A DNA stretch of 64,000 bases from Gemmatimonadota bacterium (GCA_039589315.1 JBDHHQ010000009.1:1-64000); one strand, 5' to 3'; positions 8,273-18,652 are shown, counted from the stretch's first letter. Made by a program: numbers and translations. Notes: a model not told the origin generated them from the sequence alone.

Positions 8273-10330
8273 ATGCGCGTTCTCACGCGTCCTACCCTGG
8301 CATTGCTCGTCGTCGCGGCTTCGTTTGCCGCCCCCCAACCCGTGTCCGCGCAGGACCTGGACGATCGGCTCACCGTGGACCGGTACCTGGACTGGGAGGA
8401 CGTGCGCAGTCCGAGGCTGTCGCCTGACGGGGCCCACATCGTCTACCAGCGCCAGTGGATCGACGCCGTGAACGACCGCGAGGAGTCCTCCGTCTGGATC
8501 ATGGGGGCGGATGGGTCCCGGAACCGCTACCTGGTGGATGGCTCGTCACCGGTCTGGTCACCGGACGGGAGCCGGATCGCGTACGTCGCTCCGGGGGAAC
8601 CGGAGGGTCCACAGATCTTCGTGCGCTGGATGGATGACGAAGGAGCGGTGAGCCAGGTCACCCGTGTGACGGAGTCCCCGTCGAACCTCGAGTGGGCCCC
8701 CGATGGTGAGTCCATCGCGTTCACGATGCTCGTCCCTGCGGCAATCGACCCCCAGTGGCACATCGACATGCCGTCCAGGCCTGACGGAGCGGAGTGGACG
8801 GCTTCCGCCCGCATCGAGGAGCGCCTCCGGTACCGTGCCGACGGCCGTGGGTGGCTTCCCAACGGCCACCAGCACGTGTTCGTCGTGCAGGCCGACGGCG
8901 GTACGCCCCGGCAGGTGACCACCGGTGACTGGAATCACAGCGGGCACCGCTGGATGCCGGACGGTGCGTCCATCGTCTTCTCGTCCCTGCGCGTCGAAGA
9001 CGCCGAGCGCCAGTGGCGGGAGTCCGAGATCTACGCGGTCGACGTCACAACCGGGGAGATCCGACAGCTCTCGGACCGCAAGGGTCCCGACGGCGGTCCG
9101 GTGCCCTCTCCCGACGGACGGTGGATCGCCTACCAGGGCTACGATTGGACGACGGATACCTACCGGGAGAACGGGCTCTACGTGATGGCGGCCGATGGGT
9201 CGGGTTCCCGGCTCATCGCCGACGAGCACGGGCGCCGGCTCGCGGACCTGACCTGGGCAGCCGACGGCAACGGCGTCTACTTCACGGCCCAGCGCATGGG
9301 GACGTCGAACCTCTACTTCGCCCCCGTGCAGGGGGACGCCAGAGCCGTCACCGAAGGCAAGCACATGCTGTCGGTCTCGGACATCGGAGCGGACGGCAGC
9401 GCGGTGGGGCGCTTCTCGAGCCCCCACGTCCCTGCGGAGATCGTCAGGTTCGACGTGGACGCACCCGGTACGTTCGTCACGCTGCACGCCACCAATCGGA
9501 CCCACATGGCCGAGGTCGAGCTTGGCGAGGTCGAAGAGCTCTGGTACGAATCGGAGCCGGGCGTTCGCATCCAGGGCTGGATCGTGAGGCCTCCGGACTT
9601 CGACCCGTCGAGGAAGTACCCGTTGATCCTGCGGATCCACGGCGGCCCCCATTCCATGTACAACGCTGGCTTCGACTTCAAGAACCAGAACCACGCCGCC
9701 CACGGCTACGTGGTGCTCTACACCAATCCGCGGGGCAGCTCCGGGTACGGGAGCGACTTCGGCAACGCGATCAAGTTCGACTACCCCGGCCCGGATTTCG
9801 TGGACCTCATGGCCGGTGTGGACGAGGTGATCAGCCGCGGCTACATCGACGAGCGGAACCTGTTCGTGTACGGCGGCAGCGGGGGTGGTGTGCTGACGGC
9901 CTGGATCGTGGGCCATACCGACCGCTTCACGGCCGCCGTGTCGAAGGCGCCCGTGATCAACTGGACCAGCTTCATCGGCACGACCGACGGCCCCGGCTGG
10001 TACCGCAACTTCGAGCACATGGTCTGGGACGACCCCTCGGAGCACCTGCGGCGGTCGCCCCTCATGTACGTGGGTAACGTGACCACGCCCACCATGCTCA
10101 TGACCGGGGAGAAGGACCTGCGGACGCCGATGGAGCAGACCGAGCAGTTCTACCGGGCGCTCAGGATGAAGGGCGTGCCCACCGCCATGGTCCGCCTCAC
10201 CGACGGCTGGCACAGCCGAAACCGCCCACCGACCAACTTCATCCGCGTTCAGCTCTACTTGAGGAACTGGTTCGAGCGGCACAAGGTCGGTGGCGAAGCT
10301 GTTGCCGCGCCGGACGCCGGCGGGCGGTAG
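8273..10330 (+). CDS. S9 family peptidase (dipeptidyl/acylaminoacyl peptidase) with PD40 propeller
   Basis: Signal peptide, WSPDG repeats, IHGGPH, NPRGSSGYG, GGSGGG nucleophile elbow, GEKDLRTP, WH. Confidence 0.93.
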   Translation: MRVLTRPTLALLVVAASFAAPQPVSAQDLDDRLTVDRYLDWEDVRSPRLSPDGAHIVYQRQWIDAVNDREESSVWIMGADGSRNRYLVDGSSPVWSPDGSRIAYVAPGEPEGPQIFVRWMDDEGAVSQVTRVTESPSNLEWAPDGESIAFTMLVPAAIDPQWHIDMPSRPDGAEWTASARIEERLRYRADGRGWLPNGHQHVFVVQADGGTPRQVTTGDWNHSGHRWMPDGASIVFSSLRVEDAERQWRESEIYAVDVTTGEIRQLSDRKGPDGGPVPSPDGRWIAYQGYDWTTDTYRENGLYVMAADGSGSRLIADEHGRRLADLTWAADGNGVYFTAQRMGTSNLYFAPVQGDARAVTEGKHMLSVSDIGADGSAVGRFSSPHVPAEIVRFDVDAPGTFVTLHATNRTHMAEVELGEVEELWYESEPGVRIQGWIVRPPDFDPSRKYPLILRIHGGPHSMYNAGFDFKNQNHAAHGYVVLYTNPRGSSGYGSDFGNAIKFDYPGPDFVDLMAGVDEVISRGYIDERNLFVYGGSGGGVLTAWIVGHTDRFTAAVSKAPVINWTSFIGTTDGPGWYRNFEHMVWDDPSEHLRRSPLMYVGNVTTPTMLMTGEKDLRTPMEQTEQFYRALRMKGVPTAMVRLTDGWHSRNRPPTNFIRVQLYLRNWFERHKVGGEAVAAPDAGGR

Positions 10331-10621
10331 AGCCGCCGGCGACCGCCGGAGATCGGAGAGGGGGAGCGCCGAGCACCGCCCGGGCCTGGAGAGCGGCAGG
10401 CCGCAGTCACGCCCGCAGCCGGAGCGGGGTGGACGGCCAAGCGCGGTCTCCCCTGGGAACCCTTGACCCGCGGTGCTTCCTTTTCTTCTCTATAGGACCC
10501 CCGACAACCCGTGGGTCGGCTTCTGGCGTCTGTAGAAGCGGACCTCGGATCCGGACCGGCCTGTCGGTGAAAGCGGTACGCTACCCGGATCCACACATCC
10601 GTCTATGACAGAGGAACTGCC

Positions 10622-13273
10622 ATGAAGCGCCTGGCCCTTGCAGTCGTGGCCGCAGCCCTGCTCTCGCCCGCCGCTGTGCTGGCCCAGGAGGAGCCGCAGC
10701 CGGAGCCCGAGGCCGCCGCTGACGCTACCGAGGACGAGTCCGCACAGAAGAAGCAGGAAGAGGACGACAAGTCGGACTTCGACAAGCTCATTGAGGAAGC
10801 CACGCTGCGAGAGGGCTTCTTCGACACATTCGAGAAGGACGGGAAGCTCTACCTACTGGTCCCCGAAGACCGGCTGGGTGAGGAGTTCCTGATGACCTTC
10901 GAGGCGTCTCAAGGCCCCGGCACCCGAGGCATCTACGGGGGATCCATGCTGGACCGAGAGGCGCGGATCGTGGCCCTCGAGAAGCACCAGGGACAGGTAT
11001 ACCTGGTCCAGCGGCCCCACATCTATGTCGCACCCGACGGCTCGCCGGTCGAGCAGTCCATCGACCTGACCTTCGGCAAGTCGGTCCTGGCCGCCGGAAA
11101 GATCGCCGCCACACGGGACGAGACCGACCATCTGGTCGACGTCTACGATTGGTTCGTCTCGGATCTGTCAGGTGTGGGCGAGCGGTTGCGTTTCACGGTG
11201 GCAACCACTCCGGGGCAGCAGCGGGGCAGCGCCAGCTTCGACAAGTCCCGGAGCTTCCTGGACTCCGTCAAGTCGTTCCCCCGAAACCTCACGATCAATG
11301 CGAAGCTGACCTTCAAGCCGGGCCAGAATCCCCGGCTGCGCAGCGTACCCGACAACCGCTATATCCCCGTCACGGTCCACGCGCGCATCGCCGCGCTTCC
11401 CGAGGTCCCCATGGAGTCCCGGATGGCGGACGACCGGGTCGGCTATTTCATGACGGTCCACAAGGACTTCTCACGAGACGACGGACAGGACTTCTTCGTG
11501 CGCTACGCCCGCAAGTGGCGCCTCGAGTGCGACGGTCCCGCCGACGGCGACGGCCTGTGCGCGCCCAGGCAGCCGATCACGTACTACATCGATCGCACGG
11601 TGCCCGAGCAGTACCGGCCGGCGATCATGGAGGGCGTCGAAGCCTTCAACGAGGCGTTCGAGGAGGCCGGCTTTCGGAGCGCGATCAGGGCCGAGCTGCT
11701 GCCGGAGGATGCCGACGCCGAAGACCTTCGCTACGCCACCATCCGCTGGAACGTGTCCGATCCGGTGGGCTACGGTGCCATCGGCCCGTCGGTCGTGGAT
11801 CCCCGGACCGGTGAGATCCTGGATGCCGACATCCTGGTGGAAGGGAACATCATTCTGCGATACCGGAACACGTGGCGGTTTCAGGTCAGCCCGGTGGCAG
11901 CCTTGACGGAGATGTTCGAGGCGACGCCCGAGGAGCTCGATGCCCTGGCGAACGGGGCGGAGATGGCCTCGTTCGGTGAAGAGATGGCGTCCCAGGGCAT
12001 GCTGATACGGTCCCTTCTGGTCGCTCGGGGAGAGCTGGGTCCCTCCCAGCCCGTACCCATGGAATACGTGAACCAGGCCCTCAAGTGGGTGACGATGCAC
12101 GAGGTCGGTCACACCCTCGGCCTCCGCCACAACTTCCGTTCCTCCTACGACACGCCCAACGACAAGCTGTACGACGTCGATTGGACCGGTGCGAACGGCG
12201 TGTTCAGCTCCGTCATGGAGTATCCGACACCGAATATCGCTCCGCTCGGCGAGAAGAACGGCGACTTCTACAACCGAGGGATGGGTACCTACGACAAGTG
12301 GGCCATCGCCTTCGGCTACACCCCCGACCCCGAGCGCGCGAAGGAGCTCGCCCGGTTGGCGGCCAAGCCCGGACACGCATACGGCACCGACGAAGATGCC
12401 CGGGGCCCCGGTGCGCTGGATCCGACCGTGAACGTCTACGACCTCGGGCAGGATCCCCTCGAGTGGGGCAGGGAGAGAGCCGCAACGATCCGTGGCACGT
12501 GGGCCAGCGTTCCCGCTTTCTCTCTCGAGGATGACGCAGCCTACGCCAACGCCACGCAGGTGTTCAACAGCCTCCTGTTCCAGTACGCCAGGGCCCTGGC
12601 CACGGGCGTGAAGTACATCGGCGGACAGTATCAGTACCGGGATCACGTCGGTGACCCGGATGCTCGGGGGCCCTGGAGGAACGTCGATCGCGGCCGACAG
12701 GTCGAGGCGTTGGACTTCCTGGTGGAGTACGCCTTCAGCGAGAGCGCCTTCGATCTCCCCGAGGACGTGCTGCAACAGCTCGGTGCGGATCGCTGGAGCC
12801 ACTGGGGGAACACGAATACGTTCAACGGTCGCATCGACTACCCTTACCACGAAACCGTGCTCGGCTTGCAGAGCACGCTCATGCGGCGGGTCCTGCACCC
12901 GTGGGTGTTCTCCCGCATCCGCGACGCCGAGATGAAGTACGGGGCGGATCAGGTGCTGACGATCCCCGAGCTCATGGACGCCCTCACGGGCGCCGTGTGG
13001 AACGAGGTCACGGACAACGAGAACGTCCCGGCCATGCGCCGCGATCTCCAGCGGGCGCACCTGGACGGAATGGTGGAGCTGGTCACCGACGCTCCCGGCC
13101 GTACACCGGCGGATGCACGGTCCGTCGCCCGCCTGACGCTCGACGAGCTCCACGGCAAGATCGCCGCGTCTCTGGAGTCCGGCGGCATGGACGCCTACAC
13201 GCGGGCGCACCTGAACGAGTCGAAGGTCCGCATCGAGCGAGCCCTGAAGGCCGGTCTGGAGCTGTCCAACTAG
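10622..13273 (+). CDS. Secreted zinc-dependent metalloprotease (DUF5117/DUF4953, metzincin-like)
   Basis: Signal peptide, DDRVGYF, DPRTGEILDADI, HEVGHTLGLRHNF, SSVMEY Met-turn. Confidence 0.9.
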   Translation: MKRLALAVVAAALLSPAAVLAQEEPQPEPEAAADATEDESAQKKQEEDDKSDFDKLIEEATLREGFFDTFEKDGKLYLLVPEDRLGEEFLMTFEASQGPGTRGIYGGSMLDREARIVALEKHQGQVYLVQRPHIYVAPDGSPVEQSIDLTFGKSVLAAGKIAATRDETDHLVDVYDWFVSDLSGVGERLRFTVATTPGQQRGSASFDKSRSFLDSVKSFPRNLTINAKLTFKPGQNPRLRSVPDNRYIPVTVHARIAALPEVPMESRMADDRVGYFMTVHKDFSRDDGQDFFVRYARKWRLECDGPADGDGLCAPRQPITYYIDRTVPEQYRPAIMEGVEAFNEAFEEAGFRSAIRAELLPEDADAEDLRYATIRWNVSDPVGYGAIGPSVVDPRTGEILDADILVEGNIILRYRNTWRFQVSPVAALTEMFEATPEELDALANGAEMASFGEEMASQGMLIRSLLVARGELGPSQPVPMEYVNQALKWVTMHEVGHTLGLRHNFRSSYDTPNDKLYDVDWTGANGVFSSVMEYPTPNIAPLGEKNGDFYNRGMGTYDKWAIAFGYTPDPERAKELARLAAKPGHAYGTDEDARGPGALDPTVNVYDLGQDPLEWGRERAATIRGTWASVPAFSLEDDAAYANATQVFNSLLFQYARALATGVKYIGGQYQYRDHVGDPDARGPWRNVDRGRQVEALDFLVEYAFSESAFDLPEDVLQQLGADRWSHWGNTNTFNGRIDYPYHETVLGLQSTLMRRVLHPWVFSRIRDAEMKYGADQVLTIPELMDALTGAVWNEVTDNENVPAMRRDLQRAHLDGMVELVTDAPGRTPADARSVARLTLDELHGKIAASLESGGMDAYTRAHLNESKVRIERALKAGLELSN

Positions 13274-13501
13274 CGGTCGCGACGGACGGACTCGCGGCTT
13301 CACACGCCCCGGCTCGCACGACCCCGGGGCCAGCGCAGGCGTCGAGCCCGGCGTGGTGCACCGGGTCAACGGCGTGAGCGCGCCGGGGGGGGGCGCTCGC
13401 GGTACCGGGTTCGCCGGGCTCCCTCCCGTCCCCTACATTCGCCAGCCCGCCGACCGAGGACCGCCACGATCTCCCGGCAAGCGGGGGCAGAGAGGACCAC
13501 G

Positions 13502-15541
13502 ATGGCGAGCGATCCCGACGGCGGCACCGCTGCCGGCTCCACCGATTCCCCGCGATCCGACGAGCGTCCGGACCGTGCTCCTGCAGGCCGCGTCGAGTGG
13601 TACAAGGCCCTCGACCCCGGCGAGCTGCCGGAGGGTCGTGTCAAGCCGGTCACCTGTGGACACGCGACGGTGTGCATGACCCGCTTTCAGGGCCAGTTCG
13701 CCGCGCTGGACAACCGGTGTCCGCATCAGGGCGGCCCGCTCGGCGAGGGGTCCATCGAGAACGGATGGTTACGTTGCCCTTGGCACGGTTGGGACTTCCA
13801 CCCGCTGACCGGCAGGTCGCCGGGGAGCTTCGAGGACGGCGTGCACCGCTTCGAGGTGGAAGTCCGCGAGGACGGCGTCTACGTGGGCTTCCCGGAGGAG
13901 GCGGAGCACGTTGCCACGGTGGCGGACGTGATGATGGAGACCATGGTGGCGTGGGGAGTGCGGTGGGTGTGGGGGATGGTCGGCCACTCCAACCTGGGTG
14001 TGGCGGACGCGCTGCGGATCATGGAGGCGGACGGCAAGCTCAGCTACATCGGCATCCGCCACGAGGGAGCGGCCTCGTTCGCCGCCTCGGCGTACGGGAA
14101 GCTGACCGGACGGCCCGCGGCCTGCTTCTCGATCGCGGGACCCGGCGCCACGAATCTCCTCACCGGCCTCTGGGACGCGAACGTGGATCGTTCGCCGGTC
14201 CTGGCCCTGACCGGCCAGGTCGACACCCAGGTCCTGGGCCCCGGGGCGTTCCAGGAAGTGGACCTGGTTGCCGCCTTCGGAAAGGTGGCCCAGTGGAGCC
14301 AGCCCGTCCTCCACTCGAGCAAGCACGCCGAGCTCATGAACCTGGCGTGCAAGAGCGCCATCCTGAACCGGGGCGTGTCCCATCTGATCTTTCCCGACGA
14401 GGTGCAGAAGGCCCAGGCGCCGGCCACCCGGGTCGGTGGCCCCGAGGGACGGATCGCCCCTCGCACGATCGCTCCACCCGCCGAGTCGCTGGACAGGGCG
14501 GTGGAGCTGCTTCGGGACACCGCGCGCCCGGTCATCATCGTGGGCCACGGCGCCCGCTTCCGGATGGACGAGGTCCTGCGGCTGGCGGAGCTGCTCAACG
14601 CTCCGATTGTCACCACCTTCAAGGGCAAGGGGCAGGTGTCGGACCACCATCCGTTGGGGTGTGGCGTGCTCGGGCGGAGTGGCACTCCCATCGCCAGTTG
14701 GTTCATGAACGAGGCGACGGCGCTGCTGGTCCTGGGAGCCAGCTTCAGCAACCACACCGGTATCACGCCCAAGAAGCCCACCATCCAGGTGGACTTCGAC
14801 GCCATGGCCCTGGGCAAGTTCCACGCGGTGGCGGTGCCCGTCTGGGGGGAGATCGGCGTGACGGTGGCGTTGCTCCAGGACGCCCTGGCCGGCGGGACGG
14901 CCGCCGTCGATCAACGCCCAGACGTCGCCGAGCGGTGGGCGATCTGGCGGGAAGAAAAGGCCCGCCGGGAGAGGGACGACCGGGGCATGGGCGTGAGCTC
15001 GGCCGCCGCCTTCGCCGCCCTGACCCGCGCCGTGCCCGAGGACGCCATTCTGCCCGTCGACGTGGGGAACAACACCTACTCGTTCGGGCGCTACTTCGAG
15101 TGCACCCGTCAGGCGGTGCTCATGTCGGGCTACCTGGGATCCATCGGGTTCGCGCTGCCGGCGGCGTTGGGTGCCTGGGCCGCCACCCAGGAGGACGATC
15201 CGCGCTTTCGAGGCCGCAAGGTCGTATCTGTCTCGGGTGACGGCGGCTTCGGACAGTATATGGGAGAGCTGACCACGGCCGTGAAATACGGGATGGACAT
15301 CACCCACGTTCTCCTCAACAACCACGAGCTGGCCAAGATCTCCAAGGAGCAGCGCTCGGGCAACTGGGACGTCTGGCAGACGTCGCTGGTCAACCCTTCC
15401 TTCGCGGCGTACGCCGAGCTGTGCGGCGCCATGGGCGTGCGCGTGACGTCGAAGGACGAGCTCGACGAGGCCCTGGCGCGGGCCGTGGACCATGACGGTC
15501 CCGCCCTGGTGGAGATCATGGCCGATCCGCTCCTGATCTGA
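13502..15541 (+). CDS. Rieske 2Fe-2S domain fused to a TPP-dependent pyruvate oxidase/acetolactate synthase-like enzyme
   Basis: CPHQGG...CPWHGW Rieske motifs; IRHEGAA, GPGATN, GDGGF...NN TPP motif. Confidence 0.9.
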   Translation: MASDPDGGTAAGSTDSPRSDERPDRAPAGRVEWYKALDPGELPEGRVKPVTCGHATVCMTRFQGQFAALDNRCPHQGGPLGEGSIENGWLRCPWHGWDFHPLTGRSPGSFEDGVHRFEVEVREDGVYVGFPEEAEHVATVADVMMETMVAWGVRWVWGMVGHSNLGVADALRIMEADGKLSYIGIRHEGAASFAASAYGKLTGRPAACFSIAGPGATNLLTGLWDANVDRSPVLALTGQVDTQVLGPGAFQEVDLVAAFGKVAQWSQPVLHSSKHAELMNLACKSAILNRGVSHLIFPDEVQKAQAPATRVGGPEGRIAPRTIAPPAESLDRAVELLRDTARPVIIVGHGARFRMDEVLRLAELLNAPIVTTFKGKGQVSDHHPLGCGVLGRSGTPIASWFMNEATALLVLGASFSNHTGITPKKPTIQVDFDAMALGKFHAVAVPVWGEIGVTVALLQDALAGGTAAVDQRPDVAERWAIWREEKARRERDDRGMGVSSAAAFAALTRAVPEDAILPVDVGNNTYSFGRYFECTRQAVLMSGYLGSIGFALPAALGAWAATQEDDPRFRGRKVVSVSGDGGFGQYMGELTTAVKYGMDITHVLLNNHELAKISKEQRSGNWDVWQTSLVNPSFAAYAELCGAMGVRVTSKDELDEALARAVDHDGPALVEIMADPLLI

Positions 15542-15551
15542 GGCAGGGACG

Positions 15552-16400
15552 ATGACGACCTGGCTGCCGCTGGGCGATCCGACTCCGAAGGCGTTGACGG
15601 CTACGCGCCTTCAGCTCCACTGGGCCAGCCACGCTTTGGCCTCGTTCGGAGAGAGCTTCGTGCCTCACCGGGACGACTATCGGCATCGGGCCATGACCTG
15701 GAGCACCGGCCTGCATGGCATGGTCACCTGGGGGCGCACCCGCACCGGGCATCGACTCTGCCTCGATCCCGGGGCCTTCCGCCTCGCGCTGTTGGACGGA
15801 GACGATGTGCCCACGGCCGCCCTCGACATCTCCGGCCAGACGCTGGCGCAGGTCTTCGACTGGCTGCGTGACGCGCTGCCGTCCGCGGGGCTCGAGGCCG
15901 ACGCGCTCGAAGTTCTTCCTACCGGCCGACTGCCGGCGGCCGAGCCCGGCACTGGGGCCCCGTTCCACGGGGGCGACCCGGCCGCCCGTGCCGAGCTGGA
16001 CCGCTGGTTCACCAACGCGGTCACGGCCCTGTCGGACGTATGCGACCGGAACCCGGGCTCGGCTCCGGTGCTGACCTGGCCACATCACTTCGATATGGCC
16101 ACGCTGATCACCACCAGGGACGACCCGGACCCCGAGAAGGCCAGCAGCGTAGGGGTGGGCCTGGCTTTGGGTGACGGCTCGTACGCCGAGCCCTACTTCT
16201 ACGTCACCCCGTGGCCGTACCCGGCCGTCAGCGATCTGCCACAGCTGACCGGTGAAGGCCATTGGCACACCGAGGCGTGGGTGGGTGCGGTGTTGCCGGG
16301 TACCGACCTCCTGGCCTTCGGGGATGCAGCCGAGCAGGGCCGAACCGTGCGCGCGTTCCTGAGCGCTGCCGTGGAGGCCAGCCGGATCCTCCTGGGTTGA
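15552..16400 (+). CDS. Conserved hypothetical protein (DUF5996-like)
   Basis: TRLQLHWA, WPHHFDMA, GDGSYAEPYFYV motifs; 10 nt downstream of the TPP enzyme. Confidence 0.65.
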   Translation: MTTWLPLGDPTPKALTATRLQLHWASHALASFGESFVPHRDDYRHRAMTWSTGLHGMVTWGRTRTGHRLCLDPGAFRLALLDGDDVPTAALDISGQTLAQVFDWLRDALPSAGLEADALEVLPTGRLPAAEPGTGAPFHGGDPAARAELDRWFTNAVTALSDVCDRNPGSAPVLTWPHHFDMATLITTRDDPDPEKASSVGVGLALGDGSYAEPYFYVTPWPYPAVSDLPQLTGEGHWHTEAWVGAVLPGTDLLAFGDAAEQGRTVRAFLSAAVEASRILLG

Positions 16401-16409
16401 CGCTTCACC

Positions 16410-17630
16410 CTAGAGCACGATCCGGGGCAGGTCGGGATTCAGATGCATCAGCAGGTCGTACACCGAGACGCCCGTGGCCGCCGCGACGTTGTCGGGCACG
16501 ACGTCGGCGTGGTCCGGGCCCAGCAGGGTGACCACGTCCCCCACGTCCACCGGTGAGTGGTCTCCGAGCTCGACGATGCAGTGGCTCGCGCTCACCCCCC
16601 CGATGACCGGATAGGTCTGGTTCCGGATCAGCACGCGGGCGCCGTCGACGGCGCGGCGCGGCACGCCGTCCACGTGGCCGGCGGGGATCGTGGCTATCCA
16701 CACCGGCCGCTCGGCCACGTAGTTCCGGCCGTAGCTGACGCCATCGCCGGCCCGGAGACGCTCGACGCGGACCACACGGGCCCGCAGGTGAAAGGCGCAC
16801 CGCAGCTCGGCCTTCAGCCGTTGCGCATCAGCGTCGTTGGGGTAGGAGCCGTAGAGGGCGATGCCGGGCCTGACCATGTCGAGATGGGCCTCGGGCAGCT
16901 CGTAGACCCCGCTCGAGGATGCGGCGTGCAGGCTGCCCAGCTCGATCCCGCGACCACGGGCCTCGCCGGCCAGCGTCTCGAACCGCTCGAGCTGCACTGG
17001 GTCGAAGTCCGGCTCCTCGGTGAACGCCATGTAGGTGCCCTGAACGCGGACGTCACCGGCCTCGGCGAGCTCGGCCAGCCATGGCATGGCCCGGTGGTAC
17101 GGCATCCCCATGCGCCCCATGCCCGTGTCCAGGTAGACGTGCGCGTTCACCGGCCGTCCGAGCGCGCGCGCCATGGCTCTGGCCCGAGCCACCGCGGCGT
17201 CGCTGAACAACGACGGCTGCACGCCGCGTCGGGCCAACTCCACACTGTCGGACTCGGAGGCGATGCCCATGTGGAGGACCGGCTTGGCCACGTCGGCGTC
17301 CCGCAGCGCCATGGCCGCCTCGGCCTTCACGACGGCGAAGCCGTACACCTCCGGCAGGGACTCCAGGATCCTGGCGGTGGTCGTCAGGTCGAGCCCGTAG
17401 GCGTTGTTCTTCACGACGGCCAGAATCGGCCGGCCCCCCACGAGGGCACTCACCTGGCGGACGTTGTCGTGGATGGCCTCCGCGTCCACCTCCACCCAGG
17501 GATCGAAGCGGTCCCTCGTGTCCTGCCTTCGCGGAGCTGGGGGCCGGGAGGACGGCGACGCATCCAGGGCCCCGGGCATGAGGCCGGCGGCCGCGGCGGC
17601 CGAAAGGAACCTTCGACGTGGCATGGTCAT
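16410..17630 (-). CDS. alr: Alanine racemase family enzyme with Tat signal peptide
   Basis: AVVKNNAYG (PLP Lys), DTGMGRMG, MVRPGIALYG, VSYG (catalytic Tyr); N-terminus MTMPRRRFLSAAAAAGL; ATGA overlap with upstream gene. Confidence 0.88.
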   Translation of the reverse strand: MTMPRRRFLSAAAAAGLMPGALDASPSSRPPAPRRQDTRDRFDPWVEVDAEAIHDNVRQVSALVGGRPILAVVKNNAYGLDLTTTARILESLPEVYGFAVVKAEAAMALRDADVAKPVLHMGIASESDSVELARRGVQPSLFSDAAVARARAMARALGRPVNAHVYLDTGMGRMGMPYHRAMPWLAELAEAGDVRVQGTYMAFTEEPDFDPVQLERFETLAGEARGRGIELGSLHAASSSGVYELPEAHLDMVRPGIALYGSYPNDADAQRLKAELRCAFHLRARVVRVERLRAGDGVSYGRNYVAERPVWIATIPAGHVDGVPRRAVDGARVLIRNQTYPVIGGVSASHCIVELGDHSPVDVGDVVTLLGPDHADVVPDNVAAATGVSVYDLLMHLNPDLPRIVL

Positions 17631-18652
17631 GGCGCTCTCCTGATGACGACACGGTCGGTCACACGTTGCCCACTCAGCATACCTCCGGCCAGGACGAGCC
17701 GGCCATCGGCCATGACGACCGACCGATGGTCCATGGTGGGGACGCGCAGCGGAGCGTGCGTCACCCATCGATCCTGGCTCACGTCATAGCCGAAGAATGC
17801 AGCCAGGGGGTCGGAAGCCACCCCGTCGTAGCCGATGCCATCGTAGTTGTAGGGGTTGTCCGTGCCCCCGAGGAAGAGCACCTGGTTCCCGTGACTCCCT
17901 CCGGCCGCCCGGTACAGCGGCGGCCCCGGATAGCCCTTCAGAGGACGCCAGGAGATGCGCGTCGGGTCCTCCGGGTCGATGTCGCCCCGCCAGGCGCCCG
18001 CTTCGATCCGGAAACGAGGGGATTCGCCGCTCACCGCTGCCCCGCCCAGATACACGATGGCGTCACCGGCGATGCCTCCGACATGTCCGAACACGGGCGC
18101 CCCCGGGATGGGCGTGGCCTGCTGCCAACGGTCTGCGGCGGGGTCGTAGACCTGCACGAGGTCCACGTTGTCGGTGTCGTGCCACCCGCTCACGAGGAAG
18201 ACGAGGGAATCCCGCCAGACGCCGGATACGGCGTCGTCGACGGGGACCGGCATGGGGCTGGCGAGATTCCAGGAATCCGCGTCCGGATCGTAGACGTTCA
18301 CGTCCGGCACCGACCGCTCGGTGCCGTCCTCTGCCACGGTGTAGCCACCGAACAGATAGACCCGGCCGGCAACGGCCTGCCCCGTCCCCGCCAACCGGCC
18401 CGGCCCCGGCACCTGCGTGACCTCGCTCCAGGCGCCGTCGCCCAGGGTCCAGCGGAAGGCAGCGGAACCGACGCCGTCCCACCGGCGCGTCTCGTCGAGG
18501 CCGAGGAAGGAGAAGACGGCCGGACCGTCCGCCGTCTCGACGGCGACCACCGCGTTGTTGGCGACGGGGCGGGGCAAGGGCGGCGCCTCGGTCCAGCCAC
18601 CCTCCTGCGCCAGAAGGGTGGACAGCGCGAGGCCGACGAGCTTCACGTTCAT
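17627..18652 (-). CDS. Secreted Kelch-repeat beta-propeller protein
   Basis: Short signal peptide; repeats YLFGG...VYDP...W and FLGG, LAGG. Confidence 0.85.
   Translation of the reverse strand: MNVKLVGLALSTLLAQEGGWTEAPPLPRPVANNAVVAVETADGPAVFSFLGLDETRRWDGVGSAAFRWTLGDGAWSEVTQVPGPGRLAGTGQAVAGRVYLFGGYTVAEDGTERSVPDVNVYDPDADSWNLASPMPVPVDDAVSGVWRDSLVFLVSGWHDTDNVDLVQVYDPAADRWQQATPIPGAPVFGHVGGIAGDAIVYLGGAAVSGESPRFRIEAGAWRGDIDPEDPTRISWRPLKGYPGPPLYRAAGGSHGNQVLFLGGTDNPYNYDGIGYDGVASDPLAAFFGYDVSQDRWVTHAPLRVPTMDHRSVVMADGRLVLAGGMLSGQRVTDRVVIRRAP

Noticed and set aside
7094..8437. 447-aa hydrophobic antisense ORF (VFLAAA repeats) resembling a membrane protein
   Set aside because: Mirror image of the AAG/GCC/ACC codons of the H1-like gene; the plus strand has the RBS and a coherent product
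10547..10592. Possible hammerhead ribozyme (three-way junction with GAAA)
   Set aside because: No CUGANGA core
13400..13414. CGGTACC-GGGT-TCGC sigma-54-like site before the Rieske-TPP gene
   Set aside because: Several mismatches to consensus; not distinguishable from chance in GC-rich DNA
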